A stretch of 64,000 nt of DNA, from assembly GCA_965237525.1 (NCBI GenBank), contig CBDEFO010000003.1:64001-128000 (forward strand), in the 5' to 3' direction. Shown here in pieces: positions 28,698 through 40,002 of this stretch (positions are counted from its first letter, which is position 1; each line of letters opens with the position of its first letter). This DNA is from Candidatus Latescibacterota bacterium (lineage in GTDB: Bacteria > Latescibacterota > CBDEFO01). The notes beneath the pieces are model-generated. The model did not search any database. It had not been told where the DNA came from and saw only the letters and a program-made list of their open reading frames with translations. Made by a program: the position numbers and the translations under genes.

Positions 28698-29065
28698 TTG
28701 AATATGTCCCGCAAGAGTCATAAGAACCTTGTATTATCGCTTACTGCCTCTGTGATCTTACACTCCATAGTGTTTTTTCTCGCCTATATATTGAGAGGTG
28801 AAAGGGAGGATCAGGTATATAAGGTGCAGTTCAGACCTTATGGGCCTGCTCCTGCAAAGCCTCTATATCCTGCGGAAAAACCTTCAATCCCCAAAGTGGC
28901 TGTTGAGATGCTCCCTAAAAAGGGAAAACCCGAACTGCCCCCGGAGGGATTTGCGGCTATTGATGATACTAGCAGATGGAAGGATGAACTCCGAGAAAGC
29001 GCCTTGAGTGCCGTCGAGGCTGAGGGACTTGTGGAGACCGCAGGCTCAAAAAGAGGGATCATTAA
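28698..29065 (+). pseudogene. Membrane-anchored Pro-rich (TonB-like N-terminus) protein truncated by IS
   Basis: SVILH TM motif then a Pro/Lys-rich region; the ORF runs into the IS end. Confidence 0.55.
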
Positions 29066-30584
29066 AAGCCTTGTGAAAAACCCTTAGATTCAGAAAGTAG
29101 TATAGAACAAGCATTGATAAAGCAGCTCCGATGTATTATATTATGTTATTGATAATATTATACATGGAGGAAACAATGACCCCACAAAAGCAGGAACAGA
29201 CAAATCCGATGTTTCACTATTTTCAGATGGAGGATTTAGTTCCCGAGGATCATATCCTTCGTCAGATTGATGAGGCAGTTGATTTTTCATTTATACGAGA
29301 CGTTGTATCAGATTGTTATTGCCCTGACAATGGCAGACCCGGTATTGATCCTGAATTAGTTGTTCGAATGATCCTTATTGGCTATCTGTATAATTTGAGT
29401 GAGAATCGGCTCTGTCAGGAAGTGGGGATGCATGCGGCATATCGGTTGTTTTGTCATCAGACATTTGATGATGCGGTTCCGGATAGGAGCACGATCAACA
29501 AGCTTCGCAATCACAAGTGGGCATCCAGTGGGTTGTTTGAACGGATAATGCGTCAGGTAGTCCAGTGTTGCATAGATGTCGGTGTTGTGAGCGGTAAACA
29601 CCTTAGTGTCGACGGCACTCAGATACAAGCTGATGCTTCAGTGAAAAGTATTGAGCCGATAGAACCCCCTGTTTCTCTTGATGATTATCTCAAGGGAATC
29701 GGTTTTGAAGGTGATAAGACAAAGGGTAGGTCCGGGCATCCTCAGGATAAAGACTTTCATGGTGAAAAGTGGACGAACCAAACACACCGTTCGACTACAG
29801 ACCCCGACGCGCGCTTATACAGCAAATCGAAGGGCAAAGGGGCTTTTCTCTCGTTTATGGGCCATGATCTGATCGACACAAAAAGCAGAGTAATCCTTGA
29901 GACTCAGGGCACGCAGGCGACAGGGACAGCAGAGCCCGAAAGTGCCCTTAAGATGGTAGATGACCTTGAAACATACACCATGCCCAAAGACATTCAGACA
30001 CTTAGTGCCGATACCGGTTACGGTTCTGGTAATTTTATCGCTGATGTACTTGACCGGGGAATCATACCCCATATTCCTCTGCGAGCCGATGAGAAGATTG
30101 AACCGATTCCTACATGGAAAAACAAGACAAATCCAGCACATATTCAGGCCGAACGGGATAGAAAAGTGCGAGAGGCGAAAGCCAGAAATCATGCACGGTC
30201 TATCTCATTAACAGCTGACTACAAACTCTCCCGGAGACTCCCTAAACGCAGTGAACATATCTTTGCTGAAGCCAGGCAACAACACGGTATGGGACGAGCC
30301 CGTTATAGAGGACCAGCCTCACTGAATGAACAGTTGAATCTTGTTGCAACAGTACAGAATCTCAAGAGGCTTGTATCTTTCATAAGAAGGGGGAAAGCGT
30401 CTATGTGTGCCCTGTCTGTCAAAGACAGTGCACCCTGTTCTTCAAACAGCTCCTATTCCTTGCTGACCAGAACTCTGATAAGACTATTTTGCTTATTCCA
30501 CAGCAAAACGATACGATATGCTACTCTTTGACCCATAATCGGCGCTTCAGACGCTGCCTGGGACATAACTATTTCACAAGGCTT
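29066..30584 (+). mobile_element. IS1182-family element, copy 3
   Basis: Same IRs; flanks TTAA / CTAA do not match. Confidence 0.93.
29131..30531 (+). CDS. IS1182-family transposase
   Basis: A few substitutions relative to copies 1 and 2. Confidence 0.92.
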   Translation: MYYIMLLIILYMEETMTPQKQEQTNPMFHYFQMEDLVPEDHILRQIDEAVDFSFIRDVVSDCYCPDNGRPGIDPELVVRMILIGYLYNLSENRLCQEVGMHAAYRLFCHQTFDDAVPDRSTINKLRNHKWASSGLFERIMRQVVQCCIDVGVVSGKHLSVDGTQIQADASVKSIEPIEPPVSLDDYLKGIGFEGDKTKGRSGHPQDKDFHGEKWTNQTHRSTTDPDARLYSKSKGKGAFLSFMGHDLIDTKSRVILETQGTQATGTAEPESALKMVDDLETYTMPKDIQTLSADTGYGSGNFIADVLDRGIIPHIPLRADEKIEPIPTWKNKTNPAHIQAERDRKVREAKARNHARSISLTADYKLSRRLPKRSEHIFAEARQQHGMGRARYRGPASLNEQLNLVATVQNLKRLVSFIRRGKASMCALSVKDSAPCSSNSSYSLLTRTLIRLFCLFHSKTIRYATL

Positions 30585-31110
30585 CTAATGCCCGGTCGAA
30601 TTCTTCTCTGGTCTCCACCTTCTCCGCCAGAAATTCGACTCCCCGGGAACTGAACTCTTGAACAAGGGATTGAATTTCTTCAGCTTCTAAATTTGCAAGT
30701 TCGACCTTGATAATATCGGCCATTTCGATTAAGGGTTGAAACTTTTCCTCGAAGACAAAATCATCCAGGACCATAAGATAACCCGATTGCTTCAAACTCT
30801 TACAGGCGGCTATAACCTCTTCATCGGGTTCCACATTTTCCAGAATCTCCACCGCTACCAATTCTTTTGGTATAGCACTGATAAACTCACCGACCAACAG
30901 ATTGCGCGTAAAATTGATAAAAGCCCTCTTCCCCTCGGTAAGCTGATCCATACCGATCAAAAGAAAGCTGTCAGTGATAACCCTTGATGAGGCTTGGTCC
31001 CCGTCCAGGTTCTCATAAAAGTTGTCAAGCCCGGAGCGAAATAGTAGCTCATAAGCCCAGACCTCTAGTTTTTTATCGAAGATCGGCTGTCTGGCCACAA
31101 AAACTTCCAT
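30585..31110 (-). pseudogene. EAL(-HDOD, YuxH-type) protein truncated by IS
   Basis: FVARQPIFD..AYELLFR..AFINF..LDDF..LAEKVET; ends at the IS boundary. Confidence 0.85.
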
Positions 31111-31391
31111 AGCTATACTCTCTGTCCTTCGTACCACAAGATTTTGCCAGCAAGGCTTTCGGTGAATCCCAAGAGCAACAAATTAGAAAGCTTATATAGG
31201 AACAAAAATAACACACATTATCCACAAAGTCAAGTAAAAACACAATCTTCTATATCCTGATATTTTATAATATGTTAGCTAAAGTTACATAGGTCTACAC
31301 GTACAGGCACCGTCTCGGCGTTCCTCTTGAATCAAGAGGACACTTTGGAAATCTGTGCATGTCCGCTCTATAACAGGGCAATAAAATTTCC

Positions 31392-31440
31392 TTGACAAAA
31401 GCAGTTTTCCCCATTATCATATTCATGAGGAAAGTTCAAT
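31392..31440 (+). promoter_or_regulatory. Sigma-70 promoter plus ArsR/SmtB-like box
   Basis: TTGACA-17-TATCAT followed by ATGAGGAAAGTTCAAT. Confidence 0.55.
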
Positions 31441-31465
31441 TTTACAGATTGGAGTCCCTAATAAG

Positions 31466-31834
31466 ATGGATATAGTTGAGGAAAAAGAGATAGATACTTG
31501 CGATGTGGTGTTTGTGGACGAGGAGAGGATCAACAGCATAAGAGCCAATATGAAGTCCCAAGAGATAATAAACAGCCTCTCGGAGACGTTCAGTGTGCTG
31601 AGCGACCCGACGAGACTGAAGATTGTGCTGGCTCTTTCCGATGCTGAACTCTGCGTCTGCGACATTGCGAACCTTTTGAGCATGAGCAATTCTGCCATAT
31701 CACATCAGTTGAGGATTCTGAGAAATCTCAGGCTGGTAAAGTATGAAAAAAGGGGTAAAATGGTCTATTACTCACTGGATGATTTCCACATCGAAAATCT
31801 GATAGGCGAGGGATTGAAACACATGGAGGAGTAG
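31466..31834 (+). CDS. ArsR/SmtB (CadC-like) metalloregulator
   Basis: LSDPTRLKI, ELCVCD, SHQLR, DDFH..H alpha-5 site. Confidence 0.93.
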   Translation: MDIVEEKEIDTCDVVFVDEERINSIRANMKSQEIINSLSETFSVLSDPTRLKIVLALSDAELCVCDIANLLSMSNSAISHQLRILRNLRLVKYEKRGKMVYYSLDDFHIENLIGEGLKHMEE

Positions 31835-31851
31835 TTTTTTTATAATTACCG

Positions 31852-31869
31852 ATTGAATAGTTGTTCAAT
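31852..31869. promoter_or_regulatory. SmtB/CadC-type operator palindrome
   Basis: ATTGAA-TAGTTG-TTCAAT immediately upstream of the ATPase. Confidence 0.6.
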
Positions 31870-31889
31870 TGATTTTGTATGGAGATATT

Positions 31890-34259
31890 ATGATGTCTCT
31901 ATCAGATGTCTGTGATTTGCGCCTTAAGATTAAGGGCATGGACTGTCCCGCTTGCTCCTCCAAGATAGAGCGTGGTGTTTTGTCTTTGGATGGCGCCGAG
32001 TCCGCCAGAGTCGATTTTGTGAAGGGAAGTCTAGAGGCGAAAATAGATGAGGCAAAAATCGATATGGGCAAGATCGCCTTTCAGATCCAAAAGTTGGGTT
32101 ACGATGTGATTAAGGAGGGCGATTTTTCACAGAGTGGTAGCACCACAACTTCCGTATTTAAGGTGGAGGATATGGACTGTGCAGATGAGGCCTTTCTGAT
32201 AGAGAGAAAATTGAAGTCTTTGGAAGGTGTAGAGGAATCTAGCTTCAATTTTGTGGCTCGGACGATGACGGTGAAGCACAAAATAGAGGATGAGGACATA
32301 GAAAGGGCTTTAGCTGAAATAGGTTTCCAGGCGACAGTTCAAAGTGATAAGGAAGATGAAGGAGCGTTTTGGGAGAAGCATAAAAAGACGGTTTTAACAA
32401 TCGGATCTGGGATATTTACCCTTTTGGGGTTTGCGCTTTGGTACTCCGGATTCGAAGAAAACATAGTTCTTCCGATATATGTCCTGGCTATGACTTTGGG
32501 AGGACTGCAAATTGCAAAGAAGGGATTGGCTGCGGTGAGGAATCTTTCATTGGATATGAACTTCCTTATGACAATTGCCGTGATAGGAGCCGCTGCATTA
32601 GGGGAATGGCTTGAGGGTGCGATGATTATATTCTTGTTCTCTTTAGCTCAGCTGCTTGAGAGTCTCAGCATGGACAAAGCAAGAAATGCCATCGGTTCGC
32701 TGATGGACCTGTCGCCGGCTGAGGCTACGGTCAAGAGAAACGGCGAACAGATGAAGCTTGCGGTTGAGGACGTGCAGATAGAAGATGTAATGGTGCTAAA
32801 GCCCGGTGAGAAGATAGCCCTGGATGGAGTTGTTCTGTCTGGAACTTCGGCTGTGAATCAGGCACCGATGACGGGGGAGTCGATCCCTGTCGAGAAGTCA
32901 AAGGGACATGAAGTCTATGCGGGGACCATAAATGAGGGAGGATCCCTTGATGTTAAGGTGACTAAGCTATCGAAGGATACTACCCTAAAAAGGATTATTC
33001 ATATGGTGGAGGAGGCGCAGAGCAGAAGGGCTCCATCTCAGAACTTCGTGGATAAGTTCACAAAGTATTACACTCCGACTGTGATAGCGGGGGCCGTAGG
33101 AGTGGCAACAGTGCCTTGGCTCTTTTTCGAAGCACCTTTTGGCCACTGGTTTTACAGGGCCTTGGTGCTTCTGGTTATATCGTGTCCGTGTGCCTTGGTG
33201 ATCTCGACTCCGGTGTCAATAGTCTCAGGCATTATGAGCGCGGCAAAAAGAGGCGTGCTGATCAAGGGAGGGCTACATTTAGAGAACACAGGAACAATAA
33301 GGGCTTTAGCCTTTGACAAGACAGGTACGCTGACCGAAGGAAGACCGTACGTAGACGAGATCATTTCGATAAATTCTTTCTCCCACGAGGAGATAATAGA
33401 GATCGCGGCTTCTGTGGAGTCGAGGTCTGAGCATCACCTAGCACAGGCTATCGTAGAGAAGGGTAAAGAAATAGGCATAGACATTAAGGAGGGCGAAGAT
33501 CTCCAGATCATATCGGGTATGGGGGTTCAAGCCGAAGTTAAGGGATGGGATAAAAAGGGGGGATTCTTCATTGGAAATCACCGTCTCGTAGAGGAAAAAG
33601 GACTATGCAACCCCGAGGTAGAGGCTCATTTGAATCGGTTGGAATCGGAGGGTAAGACGGCTGTGATTTTGGGAGATGAGGAGGGAGTGATAGGGATTAT
33701 GTCTATTTCTGATAGGGTCAGAAAGGGGATTAAGGAGGTTATAGAGGAACTCCACAAGAGCGGAATCCAAAAGATTATCATGCTAACTGGAGATAACAAA
33801 GGGACCGCTGATGCCATCGCCAAAGAATTGGGGATAGATGAATATAAAGCTGAGCTTCTGCCGCAGGACAAGGTTGATGCAGTTGAACAGCTAAGAGTTA
33901 AGTACAGTAATGTGGCCATGGTCGGGGACGGCGTGAACGACGCTCCTGCTTTAGCGGCCTCGACCGTAGGGATAGCTATGGGAGCAATAGGGACAGATAC
34001 GGCCTTAGAGACGGCTGATATAGCGCTCATGTCGGACGATCTTTCCAAACTGCCTTACACTGTGGAACTTTCAAGGAAGACAGTCACCACTATAAAGGAG
34101 AACATATTCCTTTCGATTCTGATCAAAGCCCTCTTCTTGGCTCTTGCAATAGGCGGGATGGCGACCTTGTGGATGGCTGTAGCTGCGGATATGGGTGCGT
34201 CGCTCTTGGTGATCTTCAACGGCTTGAAAGTGCTTAGGTTTCGGGCTAAACAAGAGTAG
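31890..34259 (+). CDS. cadA: Zn/Cd/Pb-transporting P1B-2 ATPase
   Basis: MDCPAC and MDCADE HMA domains, CPC, DKTGT, GDGVND, ADMG. Confidence 0.93.
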   Translation: MMSLSDVCDLRLKIKGMDCPACSSKIERGVLSLDGAESARVDFVKGSLEAKIDEAKIDMGKIAFQIQKLGYDVIKEGDFSQSGSTTTSVFKVEDMDCADEAFLIERKLKSLEGVEESSFNFVARTMTVKHKIEDEDIERALAEIGFQATVQSDKEDEGAFWEKHKKTVLTIGSGIFTLLGFALWYSGFEENIVLPIYVLAMTLGGLQIAKKGLAAVRNLSLDMNFLMTIAVIGAAALGEWLEGAMIIFLFSLAQLLESLSMDKARNAIGSLMDLSPAEATVKRNGEQMKLAVEDVQIEDVMVLKPGEKIALDGVVLSGTSAVNQAPMTGESIPVEKSKGHEVYAGTINEGGSLDVKVTKLSKDTTLKRIIHMVEEAQSRRAPSQNFVDKFTKYYTPTVIAGAVGVATVPWLFFEAPFGHWFYRALVLLVISCPCALVISTPVSIVSGIMSAAKRGVLIKGGLHLENTGTIRALAFDKTGTLTEGRPYVDEIISINSFSHEEIIEIAASVESRSEHHLAQAIVEKGKEIGIDIKEGEDLQIISGMGVQAEVKGWDKKGGFFIGNHRLVEEKGLCNPEVEAHLNRLESEGKTAVILGDEEGVIGIMSISDRVRKGIKEVIEELHKSGIQKIIMLTGDNKGTADAIAKELGIDEYKAELLPQDKVDAVEQLRVKYSNVAMVGDGVNDAPALAASTVGIAMGAIGTDTALETADIALMSDDLSKLPYTVELSRKTVTTIKENIFLSILIKALFLALAIGGMATLWMAVAADMGASLLVIFNGLKVLRFRAKQE

Positions 34260-34726
34260 GAATTCTTTTTTGTTCGGCAAAGAAAGACTATGTTTTTGGC
34301 TTAAGTAGTATTCGGAGCAAGGTGCTTGAAATGAAAGCAGAGAAGTAGATTTCAACATCTGGTAAGTTCACTTAATCCACGAGACCTGAACCACCATCAC
34401 TGATCAAGATCGATCCCAGCGATCTGTTGTCCGCTACGCCTCCTGCCTACACTCCGACCTATACACTCACTGTCCATCGAGGAATACACGGCATCTGCCC
34501 ATGCGCGGCAGAGTAGTCACGAGCCACGTTTTGAACCCCTTCTGTGTCGTTGTGACGCAAAAGGCGATCGATACGCTGAATCCGTTTGGGAAGTCGATCT
34601 CTGCAAGTCTGCGCGTCGCGCCGAATGTGTTATATGATGTTACCAAAACTTGATAGCCGAGTTGACTTATGACTGGCGAAAATTTCGATCTTGGACTTCA
34701 GATATCCTTAACCTACGGAGCGAGTA

Positions 34727-35764
34727 ATGAAAGCCTTAGTCCTCGAAAGAGACCTGAAGTTGAACCTGAGGGATATTGAACTGGACCAACCGCTTGGGCC
34801 GCGCGATGTGCGGATCAAGGTCCATACCGTCGGCATCTGCGGTTCGGACATACACTACTACCAGCACGGTCGGATCGGGCCATTCGTGGTCAACGCCCCG
34901 ATGGTGCTTGGTCACGAGGCATCGGGTGTGGTGGTCGAGGTCGGATCAGAGGTGACCAACCTCCAGGTCGGAGATCGGGTGACCATGGAACCGGGCATCC
35001 CCGATCCCAACTCCAGAGCTTCGCGTTTAGGTATGTACAACCTCGACCCGGCTGTGCGCTTTTGGGCAACACCGCCGGTCCATGGGGTCATTCGACCGAC
35101 AGTTGTACACCCTGCGGATTTCACGTTCAAGATTCCGGATAACATCAGCATGGGTGAAGCGGCTATGGTCGAACCGCTGGCCGTGGGCATGCATGCGGCG
35201 GAGGTGGCCCGGATCAATCCCGGCGACGTGGCGGTGGTGGTCGGGGCCGGTCCAATCGGCATGGTTACTGCTATGTCGGCTCTGGCCGGTGGATGCAGCA
35301 GGGTCATCATGTCTGACATAAAGCAGCCCAGGCTGGATCTGGCCGCAAGACTCGGTCCCATCACGCCGGTCAATGCTATACAAAAGAATCTGGGCGAGGT
35401 GGTGCTGGACACAACCGAAGGTTGGGGCGCCGATATCGTGTTTGAGTGCAGCGGTAGTTCGGAGGTTGCTGCGGGCATTTTCGAACTGCTATGCCCCGGT
35501 GGATGCCTGGTGTACGTGGGCATGCCAGTCGAACCGATCCGGATAGATATGGTCGCTGCTCAGGTCAAAGAGGCACACATCCAGACGATCTTTCGCTACG
35601 CCCACGTCTACCCGCGCGCCTTGGCTTTGATGGGGAGTGGTCAGATAGATGTGAAGCCGTTGATTACAGACAAATTCAAGTTTGAACAGTCAATCGAGGC
35701 ATTTGGTTTTTCATGCGATATGCGCGTAACTTCTATCAAGACGCAAATAGAAATGGCAGGATAA
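34727..35764 (+). CDS. Zn-dependent sorbitol/xylitol dehydrogenase
   Basis: GICGSD, GHE, GAGPIG, IFRY. Confidence 0.9.
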   Translation: MKALVLERDLKLNLRDIELDQPLGPRDVRIKVHTVGICGSDIHYYQHGRIGPFVVNAPMVLGHEASGVVVEVGSEVTNLQVGDRVTMEPGIPDPNSRASRLGMYNLDPAVRFWATPPVHGVIRPTVVHPADFTFKIPDNISMGEAAMVEPLAVGMHAAEVARINPGDVAVVVGAGPIGMVTAMSALAGGCSRVIMSDIKQPRLDLAARLGPITPVNAIQKNLGEVVLDTTEGWGADIVFECSGSSEVAAGIFELLCPGGCLVYVGMPVEPIRIDMVAAQVKEAHIQTIFRYAHVYPRALALMGSGQIDVKPLITDKFKFEQSIEAFGFSCDMRVTSIKTQIEMAG

Positions 35765-35769
35765 AGACA

Positions 35770-35922
35770 ACTACATGGAGTGGGCGGCACGTCCGCTTTG
35801 CTTGGGGCGCCGTGGGCGCTTTTCTGGGGAGTGGAGGCATCAAAGCACAAAGTGCCAACAAGCCACGCAGTGGGCGGAGCGGAGGATGCGTCCGCAACAA
35901 GCCACGAGGTGGGCGCACCACC
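35770..35922. repeat. REP-like palindrome cluster
   Basis: Two AACAAGCCACG(C/A)(A/G)GTGGGCG units plus GC-rich hairpins. Confidence 0.5.
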
Positions 35923-35952
35923 TATATTCAAAAATAATCTTGGAGGCAGTCA

Positions 35953-36702
35953 TTGGAAATAAACTTAAATAATAAGCGTGCATTGGTCACCGGTGCGGGC
36001 AAAGGGATCGGCCGAGTCGTCTCAAAGATGTTGATCGAAAGCGGCGCTTCGGTGGTCGCAATCAGTCGCACATCTGCAGATCTGGAATCGTTGAAAGATG
36101 AAATCGGCTGCCAGACCATCCAGGCCGATTTATCGGATGCCGACCAGGCAAAATCCGCAGCAAAGAAGGCTGGAGCGATCGATCTGTTGGTGAACAATGC
36201 CGGGATCTCCATCCCGCAGCCATTTCTTGAAACCACAGTCGAGGTGTTCGATCAGACTTTGGCCGTCAACGTGCGCGCGGCGATGATTGTTTCACAGGTG
36301 GTATCACGAGGCATGATTAAACGAGGAAGGGGCGGTGCAATTGTGAATATCTCCAGCCAAGCATCTAAGGCCGCGCTGCCCGACCACACGACCTACTGTA
36401 CCTCAAAGGGCGCATTAGACCAGCTGACACGCATGATGGCTTTGGAACTTGGAAAGCACAACATCCGTGTCAACGCGGTAAATCCGACTGTGACGATGAC
36501 ACCGATGGCCAAGATAGCTTGGGGTGATCCGGCCAAATCGAAGGATATGCTCGCCAAAATTCCCCTGGGGCGCTTTGCACAACCGCAAGATGTGGCACAT
36601 ACAGTAGTCTATTTGCTGAGCGATAAGGCAGACATGATCCACGGCGCTACGCTTCTGATCGACGGTGGGATTCCTGTCCAGCTAACTCCGCACTGCCGTT
36701 GA
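35953..36702 (+). CDS. SDR, L-xylulose/D-erythrulose reductase (DCXR-like)
   Basis: TGAGKGIG, NNAG, SSQAS, YCTSK, VNPTV. Confidence 0.85.
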   Translation: MEINLNNKRALVTGAGKGIGRVVSKMLIESGASVVAISRTSADLESLKDEIGCQTIQADLSDADQAKSAAKKAGAIDLLVNNAGISIPQPFLETTVEVFDQTLAVNVRAAMIVSQVVSRGMIKRGRGGAIVNISSQASKAALPDHTTYCTSKGALDQLTRMMALELGKHNIRVNAVNPTVTMTPMAKIAWGDPAKSKDMLAKIPLGRFAQPQDVAHTVVYLLSDKADMIHGATLLIDGGIPVQLTPHCR

Positions 36703-36961
36703 TCCGCATCAGATACATAGGCAGTCGAACCTGGCGACACCTCCTTCCATTAACTCATCCACTCGTCATGCTGGTACCGCTCGAGGTGCAGGCCCCGGGG
36801 CATGTATTTGTGGATGCAAACGACAATAACTAGTTTGATTCCGGCGAACGCTGTCTTGGTGGTGCGCCTGTCAACGAGGTGAGAGGGTCTGTCGAACGAA
36901 GATAGATTGACGAGGGTCGTTGATGGGTTCGCGGAACGACCCAGTTCGCTAGAAATCCGCA

Positions 36962-37750
36962 TCAGTCATCCTTTGCAGGCATATAATCTCTCTTGCGAAT
37001 CATCCGTAAAACCCAATATACGGCTGCAGCAGCAAAGAGATGCTTTGCAGTATGACCGCTGACTATCTCCTCTAAAGCGAAGATCTGCCTATCCAGTATC
37101 TCACCTGTCTTTGCTAACGCGTAACATGCCAATACTCCCCAAATATCTCCACCCCTGGTGTATTTAGGGGAGAAAAAGAATAAGAGTAAGGGAATAAGCA
37201 GCAAAGGATAGAATTGGACTAGGATGTAGGGACGCAGATCGCCGGCACCTGTTTGCTCGCTCATATGCCAATAAATCACACTGGAGGTGCCTAAAATCAA
37301 CAGAGGGAGGAGTGAGAACAAGCCGGTTTTTAGGCTAATCCTTTCGGCTATGATTGACGTTAGGAAAGACATAAAGATAATGGCCATCGGCAGGCGGTCC
37401 CAGACCAGTCGTCCGTTGTTTGGCAACAGATGATAATAGGCCGATCCAAAGCCGGTGAGAAATGCCCCGAAGAAAAACCCCACATAGGGCCAGTATACCC
37501 ATCTATCGGCGGAGGTTTTGCGATCACTCGATAGAATTCGCCCCCATACAAAACATAAACCGAGCCCGCCGACTAAAACAAAGGGAGCATTGGAGACAAC
37601 GTTGAAGAAATTAGGAAGGCCCAAAAAGGTACGTCGGTCGGCAAATTGGTGATATTCCGGGTCTTGAGGAATACGCGGCAGAGCTGCAACGCTCACTACA
37701 ACTGCTAAACTCAGACCCCCTACCAACAGCAGGCCTGTGCGACGATTCAT
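36962..37750 (-). CDS. Ceramidase-like (CREST) membrane protein
   Basis: SNAPF, GSAYYH, WDRLPM, SGHTAKH. Confidence 0.8.
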   Translation of the reverse strand: MNRRTGLLLVGGLSLAVVVSVAALPRIPQDPEYHQFADRRTFLGLPNFFNVVSNAPFVLVGGLGLCFVWGRILSSDRKTSADRWVYWPYVGFFFGAFLTGFGSAYYHLLPNNGRLVWDRLPMAIIFMSFLTSIIAERISLKTGLFSLLPLLILGTSSVIYWHMSEQTGAGDLRPYILVQFYPLLLIPLLLFFFSPKYTRGGDIWGVLACYALAKTGEILDRQIFALEEIVSGHTAKHLFAAAAVYWVLRMIRKRDYMPAKDD

Positions 37751-37802
37751 GCTTATTCATCTCCCTTTAAGACCTCAGCCAAGCCTCAGCGGAAAATTAA
37801 GA

Positions 37803-39509
37803 TTAGCCGGACAATTCGTGTGCTTCACCGGCACCTCGGGGAATGCGAATCTCCTCTACAAGCTCCTGTATCTCTTTAGGCGGCGCGTGCGATGCCAGAG
37901 ATACAACACCCGCCACCAGGAAGTTCAGCACCATGCCGAGTGTCCCGATACCCTCGGGTGATATGCCCAACCACCAGTGTTCTTTTGAGTTAAGTTCAGG
38001 ACTTATAAACTTGAAAGTGATGATGTAACCTGCCGTAAACGTAATCCCGGCGATCATCCCACTGATGGCGCCGTATTTGTTAATGCGTTTCGAGAAGATG
38101 CCCATTACGATCACCGGGAAGAATGAAGAAGCAGCCAGACCGAATGCAAACGCAACCACCTCTGCGACGAAGCCGGGTGGGTTCATACCGAAGTAACCGG
38201 CAATGCACACAGCAATCCCTGCTGATATTCGTGCAGTAATCAACTCCCCCCTCTCGCTAATCTGTTGATAAATCTCCTTTTTGAACAGGTCGTGCGCGAT
38301 AGATGTGGCAATCACCAGCAGTAATCCTGCAGCTGTCGAGAGCGCTGCAGCCAGTCCTCCCGCTGCAACAAGACCCACAACCCAGTTCGGGAGCTTGGCG
38401 ATCTCGGGATTTGCAAGCACCATGATGTCTCGATCTATCGTCAGTTCATTTTCGACATCCGATCCGGGACCACGATATTGGATAACATTGTCCCCGTTCT
38501 TATCATCGAATCGGATTAGACCGGTCTTCTCCCAATTTTCAAACCAGTCCGGAACCTCCTCATAGTGTATATTTGAGATCGTTGTGAGCAGATTAGTCCG
38601 GACAAATGCAGCCACTGCAGGTGCCGTCGTATACAAAAGCGCGATGAACACCAATGCCCAACCGGCAGAACTGCGCGCCTGAGCGACCTTCGGCACGGTG
38701 TAGAAACGTACAATTACGTGTGGCAATCCGGCTGTTCCGACCATCAGTGCCGCAGTAATGAAGAAGATGTCGATCGTGCCCTTGCGACCATCCGTGTACG
38801 CGTTGAAGCCGAGCTCGCGACTGAGTCCATCGAGCCTGTCGAGCAGGTATTGACCCGAGCCGTCAGCCAACCTCCCACCGAAACCGATCTGCGGGACGAT
38901 TTCTCCTGTCATCAGAAGGGAAATAAAGATTGCCGGCACAAGGTAGGCAAAGATCAATACGCAGTACTGTGCAACCTGCGTGTAAGTTATGCCCTTCATT
39001 CCTCCCAGCACAGCGTAGAAGAACACAATCCCCATTCCGATCAGCACACCCGAGGCAATATCAACGTCCAGAAACCGCGAAAATACGATCCCCACCCCGC
39101 GCATCTGTCCCGCAACATACGTGAACGACACAAAGATAGCGCAGACGATCGCAACCAAGCGAGCCGCTCGAGAGTAATACCGGTCGCCGACAAAATCCGG
39201 CACGGTATATTTGCCGAATTTGCGCAGATACGGTGCTAACAGCAGCGCCAGCAATACATAACCGCCAGTCCAACCCATAAGATAGACGGATCCATCCCGG
39301 CCCATAAACGAGATGAGGCCGGCCATCGAAATAAACGAGGCAGCGCTCATCCAGTCCGCTGCTGTCGCCATGCCGTTCATAACCGGAGGTACGTTGCTGC
39401 CTGCGATGTAGAACTCGCTTGTGGATCTGGCCTTTGACCAGATCGCAACACCGATATAGAGCGCAAACGACAAACTAACCAACAAGAATGTCCAGGCCTG
39501 TACGTTCAT
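37803..39509 (-). CDS. actP: Cation/acetate symporter ActP-like (SSS family)
   Basis: DWMSAASF, GTAGLPHV, AAALST. Confidence 0.88.
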   Translation of the reverse strand: MNVQAWTFLLVSLSFALYIGVAIWSKARSTSEFYIAGSNVPPVMNGMATAADWMSAASFISMAGLISFMGRDGSVYLMGWTGGYVLLALLLAPYLRKFGKYTVPDFVGDRYYSRAARLVAIVCAIFVSFTYVAGQMRGVGIVFSRFLDVDIASGVLIGMGIVFFYAVLGGMKGITYTQVAQYCVLIFAYLVPAIFISLLMTGEIVPQIGFGGRLADGSGQYLLDRLDGLSRELGFNAYTDGRKGTIDIFFITAALMVGTAGLPHVIVRFYTVPKVAQARSSAGWALVFIALLYTTAPAVAAFVRTNLLTTISNIHYEEVPDWFENWEKTGLIRFDDKNGDNVIQYRGPGSDVENELTIDRDIMVLANPEIAKLPNWVVGLVAAGGLAAALSTAAGLLLVIATSIAHDLFKKEIYQQISERGELITARISAGIAVCIAGYFGMNPPGFVAEVVAFAFGLAASSFFPVIVMGIFSKRINKYGAISGMIAGITFTAGYIITFKFISPELNSKEHWWLGISPEGIGTLGMVLNFLVAGVVSLASHAPPKEIQELVEEIRIPRGAGEAHELSG

Positions 39510-39781
39510 GATTCATTAGGCTCCTGCTCGTCCACGCTGTACTTTCTATCCAGGCGATTCATCAGTTGAACATAGATGAAAATCAGCACGACGAAGACAT
39601 AAATCGAACCCTGTTGCGCAAACCAAAAGCCGAGATGAAAACCGCCAATTCTAATTCGATCGAGGTGTTCAACAAAGAGTATCCCGCATCCGTAAGACAC
39701 GATAAACCACACAGCTAAAAGGATACCCAGATAATGGAGATTCTTCCTCCAATATGCCGCTTTCTTATCATTTGTCGCCAT
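39506..39781 (-). CDS. DUF4212 small membrane partner of ActP
   Basis: YW..N, LGFWFAQQGS. Confidence 0.88.
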   Translation of the reverse strand: MATNDKKAAYWRKNLHYLGILLAVWFIVSYGCGILFVEHLDRIRIGGFHLGFWFAQQGSIYVFVVLIFIYVQLMNRLDRKYSVDEQEPNES

Positions 39782-40002
39782 GCTGTTCCTCCACTATACT
39801 CTTGTTGCATGCAGATGTGTTCTGCGTGCTGATGTGATTAAGCAAGTGTCTTGACAAAATTTATGGTATATATTAAATTTGTGGTGAATCCCTGGAAAGG
39901 GAGTGAACACAGATCATAAAGACAATATATGAAACTCATATTACGAAAGTCAACGTTTATTTTAACAGATTAAAATGGAGGAAAGGAGCGAATTCTTCGC
40001 AC

